Shown here in pieces: positions 48,191 to 58,272 of a DNA stretch of 64,000 nucleotides. The notes beneath the pieces were generated by a model that did not search any database, was not told the DNA's origin, and was given only the letters and a program-made list of their open reading frames with translations. Location: positions 66,687-130,686 of the forward strand of contig JBHLOC010000005.1 in the NCBI GenBank assembly GCA_048940925.1, written 5' to 3'. Made by a program: the position numbers and the translations under genes. Every line of letters starts with the position of its first letter. Position 1 is the stretch's first letter. Source of the stretch: Promethearchaeota archaeon (GTDB lineage Archaea > Asgardarchaeota > Lokiarchaeia > Sigyniarchaeales > SOKP01).

Positions 48191-48392
48191 ACTTAAAAGG
48201 ATCCCTCTTAAAAGAAACTAATTAGCTATACTCTCCTCACTTAAATTATTACGTTTAAAAGTAAAAATGATTTTTTGAGTATTATAAAATTATGCTTTGA
48301 AATATATAAAGTTTTTTTATTCTAAATTGTAATTGTTTGAAAGATTTAAGAACTTAAGGGATATGAGATTAATAATCAACTGGTTAAGGTAG

Positions 48393-49997
48393 TTAATGTC
48401 TGAATACTCTTTTTCCACAAAAGACTAAAGCACACCCTAGTTCGTCAGCTCGTTCTATAATTAAATCATCTCTCATTGAACCCCCTGGATTAATTACTGC
48501 TTTTGCGCCTACTTCAACTGCTGCTTCTAAACCATCGGGAAATGGGAAGAAAGAATCAGTACCCATTATAGAATCTTTCAATTCGTTTTTATGACCAAAC
48601 TCTATTGCTTTTCGAGCAGCCAACTTGACCACATGTACTCTACTCTGTTGTCCTGCCCCAATGCCAATTGTATAAATCCCATCATTATAAGTTTGGGCAA
48701 AACATGCCGAATTTGATTTAGTCCATTTTGAAACTTTATAAGCAAATATTAATGCTTCCTTTTCAGGTTCACTTACTTTCCTTTTACTCACTACATTCCA
48801 TTCTTTAATGATAGGTTTACTATCATATTCTTGAATTAGCACTCCACCTAAAGTAGAACGAATCTCTAAATTTTTATAGATCTCATCTCGTTTATCCAAA
48901 AAATCTCCTAATTCTAATATCCTCAAATTTTGCTTTTGTTTCAAAATTTCTAGAGCTTCTAATTCAAATGATGGAGCCAATAATACGTCTACAAAAACAT
49001 TTTCTTTATTTATAATAAAATCAGCAGCTTCCGCTGTCAGTTCTTTATTTACACCCCATATTCCTCCAAATGCAGAAAGTGGATCACAACTAAATGCCAT
49101 TTGAACCGACTTTAATTGATTTTTTTTGTCAATTGCTATTCCATTTGGAGATGTATGTTTTAAAATCGCTGTAACATACTGTTCAGATCCAAATTCCCAT
49201 AACATTTGTATACATGAATCAATGTCTAAAAAATTATTAAAAGAGATTTGCTTACCTCCCAATTGCTTTAGATTATGTAATCCATGTTTCGAGGAAAGAT
49301 CTTTATAATAGGAAGCAGCTTGATCCCAATTTTCTCCATATCGACAATCCTGTACCTTTTCATACACTTTAATTAAGGTATTAGGAAGAATAGATTCGGG
49401 ATTATAATACTTTTGGAGATAATTTGCAATAGCAGCGTTATAATCTGCCATTATAGTAAATACATCTTGAGCTAAAATCAATCTTGTCGTTTCTGTAATT
49501 GCTCCTTTATTTTTTCTTAACTCATCAATAATATCATAATAATATTTAGGGCTAGGAACAACAATTACATCTGGATAGTTTTTTGCAGCAGCTCTAATCA
49601 TTGTAGGTCCTCCAATATCTATTAACTCGAGAGCGTCTTTAATATCTAAACCAGGTTTCTCAATTCCTTCCTTAAATTGATATAAGTTACAAATAACCAT
49701 ATCTATAGGCGGTATATCATATTTCTCTGCATCTTGCTTATCCTCTTTGAAGTCTCTCCGGAAAAGTATCCCACCTTCTATTTTCGGATGTAATGTCTTT
49801 ATTCTTCCATCAAACATTTCTGGTGAAGATGTATAATCAGATATTTTTATGAAATTAATCGAATTTTTTCTTAATAATTCCCCAGTTCCACCTGTAGATA
49901 AAATTTCAATACCAAATTCATCAACTAAAGTTTTTACAAAATCTACAACTCCATTTTTATCAAAAACACTGACTATTGCTCTTTTTATTTTCTTCAT
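48393..49997 (-). CDS. purH: Bifunctional AICAR transformylase/IMP cyclohydrolase
   Basis: 'STGGT', 'GRIKTLHP', 'IDIGGPTMIRAAAKN', 'RYGEN', 'KHTSPNG' and 'FRH' end. Confidence 0.96.
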   Translation of the reverse strand: MKKIKRAIVSVFDKNGVVDFVKTLVDEFGIEILSTGGTGELLRKNSINFIKISDYTSSPEMFDGRIKTLHPKIEGGILFRRDFKEDKQDAEKYDIPPIDMVICNLYQFKEGIEKPGLDIKDALELIDIGGPTMIRAAAKNYPDVIVVPSPKYYYDIIDELRKNKGAITETTRLILAQDVFTIMADYNAAIANYLQKYYNPESILPNTLIKVYEKVQDCRYGENWDQAASYYKDLSSKHGLHNLKQLGGKQISFNNFLDIDSCIQMLWEFGSEQYVTAILKHTSPNGIAIDKKNQLKSVQMAFSCDPLSAFGGIWGVNKELTAEAADFIINKENVFVDVLLAPSFELEALEILKQKQNLRILELGDFLDKRDEIYKNLEIRSTLGGVLIQEYDSKPIIKEWNVVSKRKVSEPEKEALIFAYKVSKWTKSNSACFAQTYNDGIYTIGIGAGQQSRVHVVKLAARKAIEFGHKNELKDSIMGTDSFFPFPDGLEAAVEVGAKAVINPGGSMRDDLIIERADELGCALVFCGKRVFRH

Positions 49998-50185
49998 AAA
50001 AAAATCATTAAATAAGTTTTTAATTACTAAATAACAGTAATAATAACAAAGTAAACTTTATGATCGTTATAATTTATTTAATAGATCTTTAATAACTTGA
50101 TATTAACAATATAAAAAGTTCTTTATTTGGCTGAATTTTAACCAACTAATATTAGTTAGAACTTTTTTAATATATATTACTTATT

Positions 50186-51667
50186 CTAAAATTTACCAAT
50201 CAAATCGTGCGGTTGCGTTTCTCGTGATCCTACAATAGAGATAATTCCGAGTGATACATTATTCATTTCTTCAATAGATCGAGCACCAGCATAAATCATT
50301 CCATTAGCTAATCCTTCTTTTAAAGTGGCTAAAACTCCAGAAACTTCTCCCACATAGGGCACATAATCACTAACACCTTCAGTTAACATCTTTGAATCTT
50401 CGATATAACGATCCGCTATATATCCTGACATTCTCGCATTTTTAGATCCCATACCTCTATATACTTTTACTTTTCTTCCTGCAATAGTATCTATAAAACC
50501 AGGAGACTCTTCTGTACCTGCAAAAAAATGTCCAGACATAATTAAATTGGCTCCAGCAGCAATAGCTTTAGGTATATCTCCAGGATTCTTAAAACCTCCG
50601 TCTGCAATTAATGATAGTTTTGGATTATAGTCTTGTATTGCATCTGCAACTTGCGCAGTAGCAAAAAGAGTTGGTGCTCCAACTCCTGTTTGAATAGAAG
50701 TTGTGCATATTGAACCAGAACCCATTCCTGCTTTTAATCCTATAAATTTATCATCAATAAAATCACATTTCGTTATTAAATGTTCAGCAGCTTGGTAAGT
50801 TCCAATGTTGCCTAAAACAAAATCAGATTCTAAAAATCTCATTAATTTTTCAGTTCCATCAATATCAGCTTTTTTGAAAAAATCAGCTACATCAATAAAG
50901 AATATATCTACATATTTATCGATTTCTTTAAGCATATTTTGTCCGTGAGAAGATTCAGGAAATTTGGGAGATAAAGCTAAAGCGCAAAGTAGATGCCCTT
51001 CTTCATCCTTGGAAGCAAATGGAAATTCTGGTGCTAAGTCTTTCTTAGTTATCAATCCTTTTAAATATCCATCGTCATCGATAATGGGTAACTTTTCCTT
51101 GCGTGATTCATATAAAATCTTTAAAGCTTCTTCTCTTGAGGCACCTGGTTTGATAGAAATAACTTCTTTCGTCATATAATCTTTTACGGCTCCATTTTGT
51201 ATATCTTGCTCAAAAAAGGGGATATCTCTTTTGGTAAAAATGCCACATACCTTTTTCTCTTCATTAGTTACAACAATACCGCTAATATTATAATTATCCA
51301 TCATGTATTTGGCTTTTGCTACTCCCGCATCAGGTTTAATTGTTGCTACATGTTCATCATCGATTACAAATGATCGAGCTCTCTTTACAATACGACTCAT
51401 TTCTAACTGTCTTTCATAAGAGCAATTACGATGTAAAACTCCAAGTCCTCCGTGCAATGCCATTCTAATTGCCATTAATTCTTCTGTTACAGTATCCATG
51501 GCAGATGACATGATAGGAAGATTGAAATGGTATTTTCCTAAATTTGAGGAAATATCTACCTCACTAGGAGAAAAGTTAGTAAAACCAGGAAGTACCAATA
51601 CGTCATCAAATGTAGCGATGAGTTCTTTTGAGTGTACTTTTTCACGGAAATTTGACAATATAATCAA
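50186..51667 (-). CDS. guaB: IMP dehydrogenase with CBS pair
   Basis: '[10 protein letters not shown]', 'SSAMDTVTE', catalytic 'GSGSICTT', 'IADGG' and 'YRGMGS'. Confidence 0.93.
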   Translation of the reverse strand: MIILSNFREKVHSKELIATFDDVLVLPGFTNFSPSEVDISSNLGKYHFNLPIMSSAMDTVTEELMAIRMALHGGLGVLHRNCSYERQLEMSRIVKRARSFVIDDEHVATIKPDAGVAKAKYMMDNYNISGIVVTNEEKKVCGIFTKRDIPFFEQDIQNGAVKDYMTKEVISIKPGASREEALKILYESRKEKLPIIDDDGYLKGLITKKDLAPEFPFASKDEEGHLLCALALSPKFPESSHGQNMLKEIDKYVDIFFIDVADFFKKADIDGTEKLMRFLESDFVLGNIGTYQAAEHLITKCDFIDDKFIGLKAGMGSGSICTTSIQTGVGAPTLFATAQVADAIQDYNPKLSLIADGGFKNPGDIPKAIAAGANLIMSGHFFAGTEESPGFIDTIAGRKVKVYRGMGSKNARMSGYIADRYIEDSKMLTEGVSDYVPYVGEVSGVLATLKEGLANGMIYAGARSIEEMNNVSLGIISIVGSRETQPHDLIGKF

Positions 51668-51801
51668 CCTCGTTAAAGATCTAATATAATCTTGATTTGA
51701 TTAAATCTTTAAATTTTTAATAATAAAGATAAAAAGACTTATAAATCTTTTTTATGACTGCAAGTTTTATAATTTTTAAAAAGAAAAATAATTAAGTTAA
51801 A

Positions 51802-52617
51802 TTAAACAGGAATATCCCGTTTGTTGAAGAAAATTAGAGAAACTAAAGCTAATATAATCGTATAACTCGAGAGGATCACGATCTTTATAGGAATTGCATC
51901 CCAATTACTATTGACGAGGAGATTTGATACATCAGAATAGTAAAAAATACTGATATATTTAATTCCTTCCATATTCTCTCCAAAACTTTGCCAGAATTGA
52001 CCAACTGCATAAAAAAAGATAATTGTACCAAAACTAAAAGCAAGAGATTTCTTAGTATCCATGAATGTCGAGAAGAAAAATCCAGTGGTCGCGATGCCTA
52101 AATTCAATAAGATCATTACAAGAAAAGCTGTCAAAAATTCTGCCCATGGAACATCATTAGGAGAAACATTTGGCATAATAAAAATACCCAGAATTACTGC
52201 CAACATTACTCCAACCAAGACTATAACGACACCTATAATATGGTATAAATATTTTCCTAGCGAAAATTCCCAGCGTTTAATAGGTTTTGATATCATTAGG
52301 TCAATCGTTTTAAAATTAATCTCTCTTGGAATGTCTTGGGAAGCTTTAAGTATAAAATAAATTCCAAAAAAGAACAAAGACATTGAAAAAAGATATATGT
52401 TCATTAAACCTCCAATAGTACTTAATGAGTAAAATTCACCAATCATCTGCCTTATTGCTTCTGGATAAGACTCAAGTAGAGCCTCGAAATCCTCAAAAAA
52501 AACAGGATCAAAAATTGAAACAAACCACATGTAAAATAATCCCATTAATGCTGTATAAAGAATAAGACCTTTCTTACTTGAAGTAAGTTCTTTCCACATA
52601 ATTTTAATCACTTTCAT
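51802..52617 (-). CDS. ABC-2 type permease (module A)
   Basis: 'REINFKTIDLMISKPIKR', 'KYISIFYY' and 'FNKRDIP'. Confidence 0.9.
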   Translation of the reverse strand: MKVIKIMWKELTSSKKGLILYTALMGLFYMWFVSIFDPVFFEDFEALLESYPEAIRQMIGEFYSLSTIGGLMNIYLFSMSLFFFGIYFILKASQDIPREINFKTIDLMISKPIKRWEFSLGKYLYHIIGVVIVLVGVMLAVILGIFIMPNVSPNDVPWAEFLTAFLVMILLNLGIATTGFFFSTFMDTKKSLAFSFGTIIFFYAVGQFWQSFGENMEGIKYISIFYYSDVSNLLVNSNWDAIPIKIVILSSYTIILALVSLIFFNKRDIPV

Positions 52618-53591
52618 GCAGCTTCCCCTCCTTCCGTAGTACTATCTTTATAATATTGCATAAAAATATTCTCTAATGTAGAATGACTGATAGAAAAGTC
52701 TTTTACAGGAGTTCCAGCCCATTCTTTTTCACTGATTTCATGTAGTATTTTTCTTGCTTCTTTTGGAGGAAGTAAAAATTCAAGTTGAACGTTGAAATTA
52801 TATTTCACAATAGCTTCAGGAAATTCATTTGATAAAAAAGAATAAAATGATTCCAAACTACTAGGGGATTCAAAAATCAGCTCAATATGTTTAAGATTTT
52901 TTGCTTTGAGATCTTGAACATTAGCAATTTCAGCAATTTTACCTTTCTTGATGATTGCTACACGTTCGCAGAATTTTTCTACTTCTGAAAGCACATGACT
53001 ACAAAGAAAAACAGTACATTTAGATTCTTTTTGACGCTCAGAAACAATCCTATAAAATTCACTCTGATTCAAGGGATCAAGCCCAGAAGTTGGTTCATCT
53101 AATATGAGTATCTCAAATTTTCCCATTAGTGCTGATAATACTCCTACCTTTTGTTTGTTCCCCTTGCTCAAAACGCCCATGTTTCGATCCATATCTAATT
53201 TAAGACGTTCTGATATTTCATCAACGAATTCCCAGTCTATTTCAATATCATAAAGTTTCGCAAAATAGTTAATTAATTGGGTTGCTGTCATGTTTTTATA
53301 TATTCCTAATTCCCCTGGTAGATAACCAATTCTATTCCTAATCTCTACATTTTTTTTGGGATTTATTCTTTCACCTAACATCGTAATTTTTCCTGCATCT
53401 GTGTTGAGAAATCCAAGTAAACACCTGATAGTAGTAGTTTTTCCAGCACCATTAGGTCCAAGGAACCCAAAACGAGACCCCTGAGGTACATCAAAAGAGA
53501 TGTCATCAACTGCTTTTACTTTTCCTCTATTATAATACTTTTTTAAGTTTCTAACTTCTATAGCATTCATTTTTGATAAATAATTTTTCAT
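52614..53591 (-). CDS. ABC-2 type ATP-binding protein (module A)
   Basis: GPNGAGKTT, LSKGNKQ and ILDEPT. ATG 53570 is a likely alternative start. Confidence 0.95.
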   Translation of the reverse strand: MKNYLSKMNAIEVRNLKKYYNRGKVKAVDDISFDVPQGSRFGFLGPNGAGKTTTIRCLLGFLNTDAGKITMLGERINPKKNVEIRNRIGYLPGELGIYKNMTATQLINYFAKLYDIEIDWEFVDEISERLKLDMDRNMGVLSKGNKQKVGVLSALMGKFEILILDEPTSGLDPLNQSEFYRIVSERQKESKCTVFLCSHVLSEVEKFCERVAIIKKGKIAEIANVQDLKAKNLKHIELIFESPSSLESFYSFLSNEFPEAIVKYNFNVQLEFLLPPKEARKILHEISEKEWAGTPVKDFSISHSTLENIFMQYYKDSTTEGGEAA

Positions 53592-53665
53592 ATATTTTAA
53601 AATATATAAAGATATAATAATTTATAATAAGATAACCTATATAAATATTCTTCATGATTTTTGAA
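53587..53665. promoter_or_regulatory. Pair of TTCA-N7-TGAA operator-like sites in divergent promoter A
   Basis: TTCA-TATATTT-TAAA at 53587-53601 (one mismatch) and TTCA-TGATTTT-TGAA at 53651-53665. Confidence 0.55.
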
Positions 53666-53710
53666 ATCTACGAAAAATTTAAAAAATACAAATCTAATTA
53701 TTTTATAAGG

Positions 53711-54235
53711 ATGATTGAAAGAGAAGGAGAATTTGAATTCGAAGGAATAATTCGTGAATTAGAAAAAAATCTTATTAAACTAATTGTAGATTTGGGAAAT
53801 GTAGGCCCATTATCTCCTAAATTTGTAGAGATTTTAGGCTATTTGATGATTCATGGACATCTGACTCAATCACAATTAAGTAAACTAACTGAATTTTCAA
53901 TTGGAACCATTTCATCTAATCTTAATCAAATGCTTGCATTAAATCTTGTTCGTAAGGAATTAATTCCCAAAACTAGAACTTATCATTACATATTTTTAGG
54001 AGAAAAAGGAAACTTAGAAATGGAAGCAAGTTTTATGAAAACCGAAGTTATAAATTCTGTTATAGCATTTTTTGATGAAAAACTGAATGAATTGATGAAA
54101 TTTGATGATGAACAAGGATTTGATTTGTTAAATGAAAGAATAAATGCAATGCTTACATTTTTTCATTGGCATAAAAATGTGATTGAGAGGAAGTTTGCAC
54201 TTTTAAAAAATAAAGATAACTATACTAAGAGTTAG
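53711..54235 (+). CDS. GbsR/MarR-like winged-helix regulator
   Basis: 'LTQSQLSKLTEFSIGTISSNL...IPKTR..HY'. ATG 53711 after AAGG is preferred over 53654. Confidence 0.8.
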   Translation: MIEREGEFEFEGIIRELEKNLIKLIVDLGNVGPLSPKFVEILGYLMIHGHLTQSQLSKLTEFSIGTISSNLNQMLALNLVRKELIPKTRTYHYIFLGEKGNLEMEASFMKTEVINSVIAFFDEKLNELMKFDDEQGFDLLNERINAMLTFFHWHKNVIERKFALLKNKDNYTKS

Positions 54236-54239
54236 GATA

Positions 54240-54740
54240 ATGAGAAAAAAAGAGAACTTCGGTCCAAATATTAAAAAAATTGAGGATAATTTGATTCACT
54301 TTATGTCATCTTCTTCAATTTTTTTTACAAAGGATCCATTTGTAAATATTATAAGAGGGTATTTTATTACTCGTAAAAGTTTGACTCAAAGAGAAATACA
54401 GAAATTAACAAAGCTATCTTCGGGTAAGATATCGCAAGTGTTAAAAATTTTAAAGAAATGGGGATTAATCAAAAAAACAAATGTTTCAAGCACTGGTGAA
54501 TATACATATACGATGGAGTCAATAGAGGATGCCTTTTTAAGGTATTTTAATATCATTATGGTAGATCTTTTGAAATGGGAAAAACCTTTAGAAGAAATGA
54601 AAAAAAAATTAGAAGAAGGTGGAGAAAGTATCAAAAGCCTAAATGGTTATGAGAAGATTAATAAATTAATTGACCTTTTTCTAATTGCTATAAAAATTAA
54701 TTCAATTGTTATGAAAGATTTTAAAATTGGTGATATATAG
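54240..54740 (+). CDS. GbsR/MarR-like winged-helix regulator
   Basis: 'LTQREIQKLTKLSSGKISQVL'. Confidence 0.8.
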   Translation: MRKKENFGPNIKKIEDNLIHFMSSSSIFFTKDPFVNIIRGYFITRKSLTQREIQKLTKLSSGKISQVLKILKKWGLIKKTNVSSTGEYTYTMESIEDAFLRYFNIIMVDLLKWEKPLEEMKKKLEEGGESIKSLNGYEKINKLIDLFLIAIKINSIVMKDFKIGDI

Positions 54741-55174
54741 TCTTTCTATTTTTGAGTTACTAATCTTAAAATTAAGGTATTTATTTATTAAAAAAAAGGG
54801 GGAAAAGCTTTTGATAAATTAATAATTATTGCTCCTTTATAGCTTTCATTAAGATTTAATTTACTCTATCTCTGAGTTTCATATATTTTTTTCTGAAGAG
54901 ATTGATTCTTCCATATGATTCAAGGTTATAAGTAAAACTCCTCCATGAATAATCACACTTAAAACTAACTCTGTATTTTTATTTACTTTATTCTTATCAT
55001 CCGAGATAATTGTTTCAATTTTATCATAGTTTTGCGAAATGGGTGGTATTTAATGACTGAAAGAAGCGAAGATTTGAGCTTCATAAGATGTTGCGTTTAG
55101 TTTAAAGGTATTTAGAATGCCAGCTAATGCCTTTTTTCTTGCTTCAAACAAAAAAAAAAAAGAAAAAAATGAAT

Positions 55175-55996
55175 TTAAATTGGAATATCTTTCTTATTAA
55201 AAATCAAAAGGCTTGAAACGATTAGAACTGCATTAATTGATCCTAATACAATAAGATCTCGTAAATATTTTTCAAAATCTCCATAAACCAAATAATCTCC
55301 TGGATTGAAATAGTAAAATATTGAAATGTATTTAACGTTTTGTACGGATTCGTCCATATAAATATAGAATTCACCTAGGAAAAACATTAAAAATAAAATC
55401 ATAACCCCAAATGCCATTGTTCTCCTTGTTCGAAGAAAAATTGTTGAGAAAAACTTAGCTAACATTGCAAATGCCCCCAAAAATAGAACAACGACGATAT
55501 AGGTACCCCATAAACGATCGAAGAAAAGACCTTCTCCTTTATAAACAGAGGAAGTAGCCATAGCGCCCATAGTTATTAGAAAAAAAATACCCATTGAAGT
55601 CAGAATGAAAATATAGACAAATACAATTTTACTACCAAGAAAATTAAAACGAGAGATAGGTTTGGAAAGAGAGAGATCAATTGTTTTATCTTCTACATCT
55701 TGAGGGAGTAAAGAGCTTGCCATATAGACAATATAAATTCCAGCATAAGCCCAAATAAAAGATAACATCTCTAAACCCCAGAACCCATAAGGATTGACTA
55801 TTATTGCCATTTCCCCAAAAAATTCCAATAAATCTTCTGGCCACATATTAAATATTTCTTGTAATGCTTCCAAATCCATATCTTCGACCATGTAAACAAT
55901 AAAATATGATAATAATCCAATGACTCCACCTAAGATTAAAAGGGTTAATTTCTTTTCCAAAATTAACTCTTTTATTGAGTTAAAAAACTGTTTCAT
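55175..55996 (-). CDS. ABC-2 type permease (module B)
   Basis: 'VEDKTIDLSLSKPISR', 'KYISIFYY' and 'FNKKDIP'. Confidence 0.9.
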   Translation of the reverse strand: MKQFFNSIKELILEKKLTLLILGGVIGLLSYFIVYMVEDMDLEALQEIFNMWPEDLLEFFGEMAIIVNPYGFWGLEMLSFIWAYAGIYIVYMASSLLPQDVEDKTIDLSLSKPISRFNFLGSKIVFVYIFILTSMGIFFLITMGAMATSSVYKGEGLFFDRLWGTYIVVVLFLGAFAMLAKFFSTIFLRTRRTMAFGVMILFLMFFLGEFYIYMDESVQNVKYISIFYYFNPGDYLVYGDFEKYLRDLIVLGSINAVLIVSSLLIFNKKDIPI

Positions 55997-56961
55997 TAAA
56001 TTGACACCTCCATGCCTTTTATTGGTTTATTTAATGTGTTAGTCTGACTTAGAGATGTTTCATAATACTTCAAAAAGATATCTTCCAACGCAGGACTCGA
56101 GACATCTACATCAATAATATCAGATTGAGAAAGTAAATTAAACACAGAAGACAATTCTTCACGATTAATCATGAATGAAACATTGGTTTCACTTAAAGTA
56201 ATAGATTCAACGTTCTGTGATTGTATTTGGCTTGAAAATTTCTGAAGAGCCTCTTTAGATAAAAATTCGACTCTAATCTCTTTCATAGCCATGCTTTTTA
56301 ATTGCTGAATAGTTGCCACTTCAACAATAGAACCTTCCCTAATAATACCAACCCGATGAGCTACTTTCTCAACTTCTCCTAGTAAGTGTGAACTTAAAAG
56401 AATAGTAGAACCTCTTTCTTTTTGTTGTTTGTGAAGTATATTATAGAATTTCGCTGTGATGAGTGGGTCCAATCCTGAGGTAGGTTCATCAAGGATTAAA
56501 AGTTCTACTTCAGGTGCGAGAGCAAGTATTATACCTATTTTCTGTTTATTCCCTTTGCTGAGTTCGTTAACTTTCCTATTAAGATCTAATTTAAATACTT
56601 CAGCTAATTCTTCAACTCGACTCAATGGAATATGGTTTTCATAAAGCCCAAGTAAATACTGAATATTGCGTTTTGCTGTCTTATTTTCATATAATCCTAG
56701 CTCTCCTGGAAGATATGTTGATCTTTGGCGAATTTCAATTGAATGATGATGTGTGTCTAAGCCAAAAATTTGTGCTTCACCAGAGGTTTTATAAATCAAA
56801 TCAAGAAGCAGTCTACAAGTTGTAGTTTTACCTGCTCCATTAGGTCCAAGTAATCCATATATTTCTCCTTGATAGATTTCAAGATTGAGGTTCTCAATAC
56901 CTCTTGATTTACCATAATACTTAGTTAAATTTTCTGTTTGAATTATAATTTCTTTTGACAA
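55996..56961 (-). CDS. ABC-2 type ATP-binding protein (module B)
   Basis: GPNGAGKTT, LSKGNKQ and ILDEPT. Confidence 0.95.
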   Translation of the reverse strand: MSKEIIIQTENLTKYYGKSRGIENLNLEIYQGEIYGLLGPNGAGKTTTCRLLLDLIYKTSGEAQIFGLDTHHHSIEIRQRSTYLPGELGLYENKTAKRNIQYLLGLYENHIPLSRVEELAEVFKLDLNRKVNELSKGNKQKIGIILALAPEVELLILDEPTSGLDPLITAKFYNILHKQQKERGSTILLSSHLLGEVEKVAHRVGIIREGSIVEVATIQQLKSMAMKEIRVEFLSKEALQKFSSQIQSQNVESITLSETNVSFMINREELSSVFNLLSQSDIIDVDVSSPALEDIFLKYYETSLSQTNTLNKPIKGMEVSI

Positions 56962-57002
56962 TTCTTATTGACCTACTTTTTCAAATTTTTTAGATAAATT
57001 TT

Positions 57003-57085
57003 GTTCATAAATTTTGAACTTTAAAAATGTATTCAAAAAATGTATAATAAAATTAACTATTTAAATGTTTTCATAAAATTTGAAA
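57003..57085. promoter_or_regulatory. Pair of TTCA-N7-TGAA operator-like sites in divergent promoter B
   Basis: GTTCA-TAAATTT-TGAAC at 57003-57019 and TTTCA-TAAAATT-TGAAA at 57069-57085. Confidence 0.65.
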
Positions 57086-57179
57086 CTTGAAAAGATTTAA
57101 ATACTAAAACATGTTTATATTTATCAAGGAGAGCTTAAGATGAAATAAATACTACAAATTACTTAGAATGTTATAAGCT

Positions 57180-58241
57180 ATGACAGGAGGAGAAGAAAAA
57201 AGTCATCTTTTCGATGAAAAGATACGTAAATATGAAGAAAAACTTGTAGAAGTTCTTTTAGATATCGGAAAAAGTAAAAGAGCTAATCCTAAAATGGCAA
57301 CAATTTCCTGCTATTTACTTATTCATGAAAAGCTAACTCAGAAGGAATTAAAAGAATTAACAGGATTTTCTATGGGTACTATCTCAACTTATCTATCGGT
57401 TATGGTTGGAACTGGAAATTTTCAAAAAATACGAATTCCTAGAACTCATAAATTTATGTATTCGATTTTTGGAGAACTTGAAGCCCTACCAACTAGAGCT
57501 CTTGACTTCGCATTAAGCAGTATAGGTTCCATAGAAATTTATCTAAAAAGTAAAGTAAAAATATTAAAGAAGTTAGCTGAACAAACTAAGGAAGGAGCTA
57601 AGCACCTTTTACTTAGAATTGAAGAACTAATTGAAAGTTTTGAAATCTATAAAAAGATTTTTCCACCTAATGGGATTTTAGATGAGATGATTCAGAAACA
57701 ATCTTCAATAAAACCTTCCCAACGAATAAAAAATGAGCAAAATAAAGCGATAGAGATAAAATTTGATGAAGAAGTTTATTTAATTGAGGATGATATTATA
57801 AATCAGCTTTTAACTTCACCAATGTTTTCTACTCGCGATCCTATGTTTATTAGGATTTTAGGGTATTTTATGACAAGGAAATACCTCACTCAAGAGACAC
57901 TAAAAAGGATTACAGGTTTATCATCTGGGAAAATTTCTGAGGAAGTAAATAGACTTTTAGATGATAAAATTATCAATAAAGCAGATATTTCGCCAAAGGG
58001 AAAAATAACATATAGTGCTGATTCATTCATAATTCTCAGATTTGCAAGGTACATTATTAATAAAATGACAAAATGGGTGAGAGAGATAGAAAATATGAAA
58101 TTAGAGTTAGAGAAAAATAAGTCTGATTTAGAGGATTTAGATGGTTATACTCAAATTGATAGGATCTATGATTTCATCTTGGATGCGATCCAAACATATA
58201 CTCAATATAGAAAAAAGCTCGATAGTTTGCTTGAGATTTGA
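57180..58241 (+). CDS. Tandem (double) GbsR/MarR-like regulator
   Basis: Two wHTH units, 'LTQKELKELTGFSMGTISTYL' and 'LTQETLKRITGLSSGKISEEV', matching 53711 and 54240 respectively. Confidence 0.82.
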   Translation: MTGGEEKSHLFDEKIRKYEEKLVEVLLDIGKSKRANPKMATISCYLLIHEKLTQKELKELTGFSMGTISTYLSVMVGTGNFQKIRIPRTHKFMYSIFGELEALPTRALDFALSSIGSIEIYLKSKVKILKKLAEQTKEGAKHLLLRIEELIESFEIYKKIFPPNGILDEMIQKQSSIKPSQRIKNEQNKAIEIKFDEEVYLIEDDIINQLLTSPMFSTRDPMFIRILGYFMTRKYLTQETLKRITGLSSGKISEEVNRLLDDKIINKADISPKGKITYSADSFIILRFARYIINKMTKWVREIENMKLELEKNKSDLEDLDGYTQIDRIYDFILDAIQTYTQYRKKLDSLLEI

Positions 58242-58272
58242 AATAAATTTATTCAATTCTACTTTAGAATTT

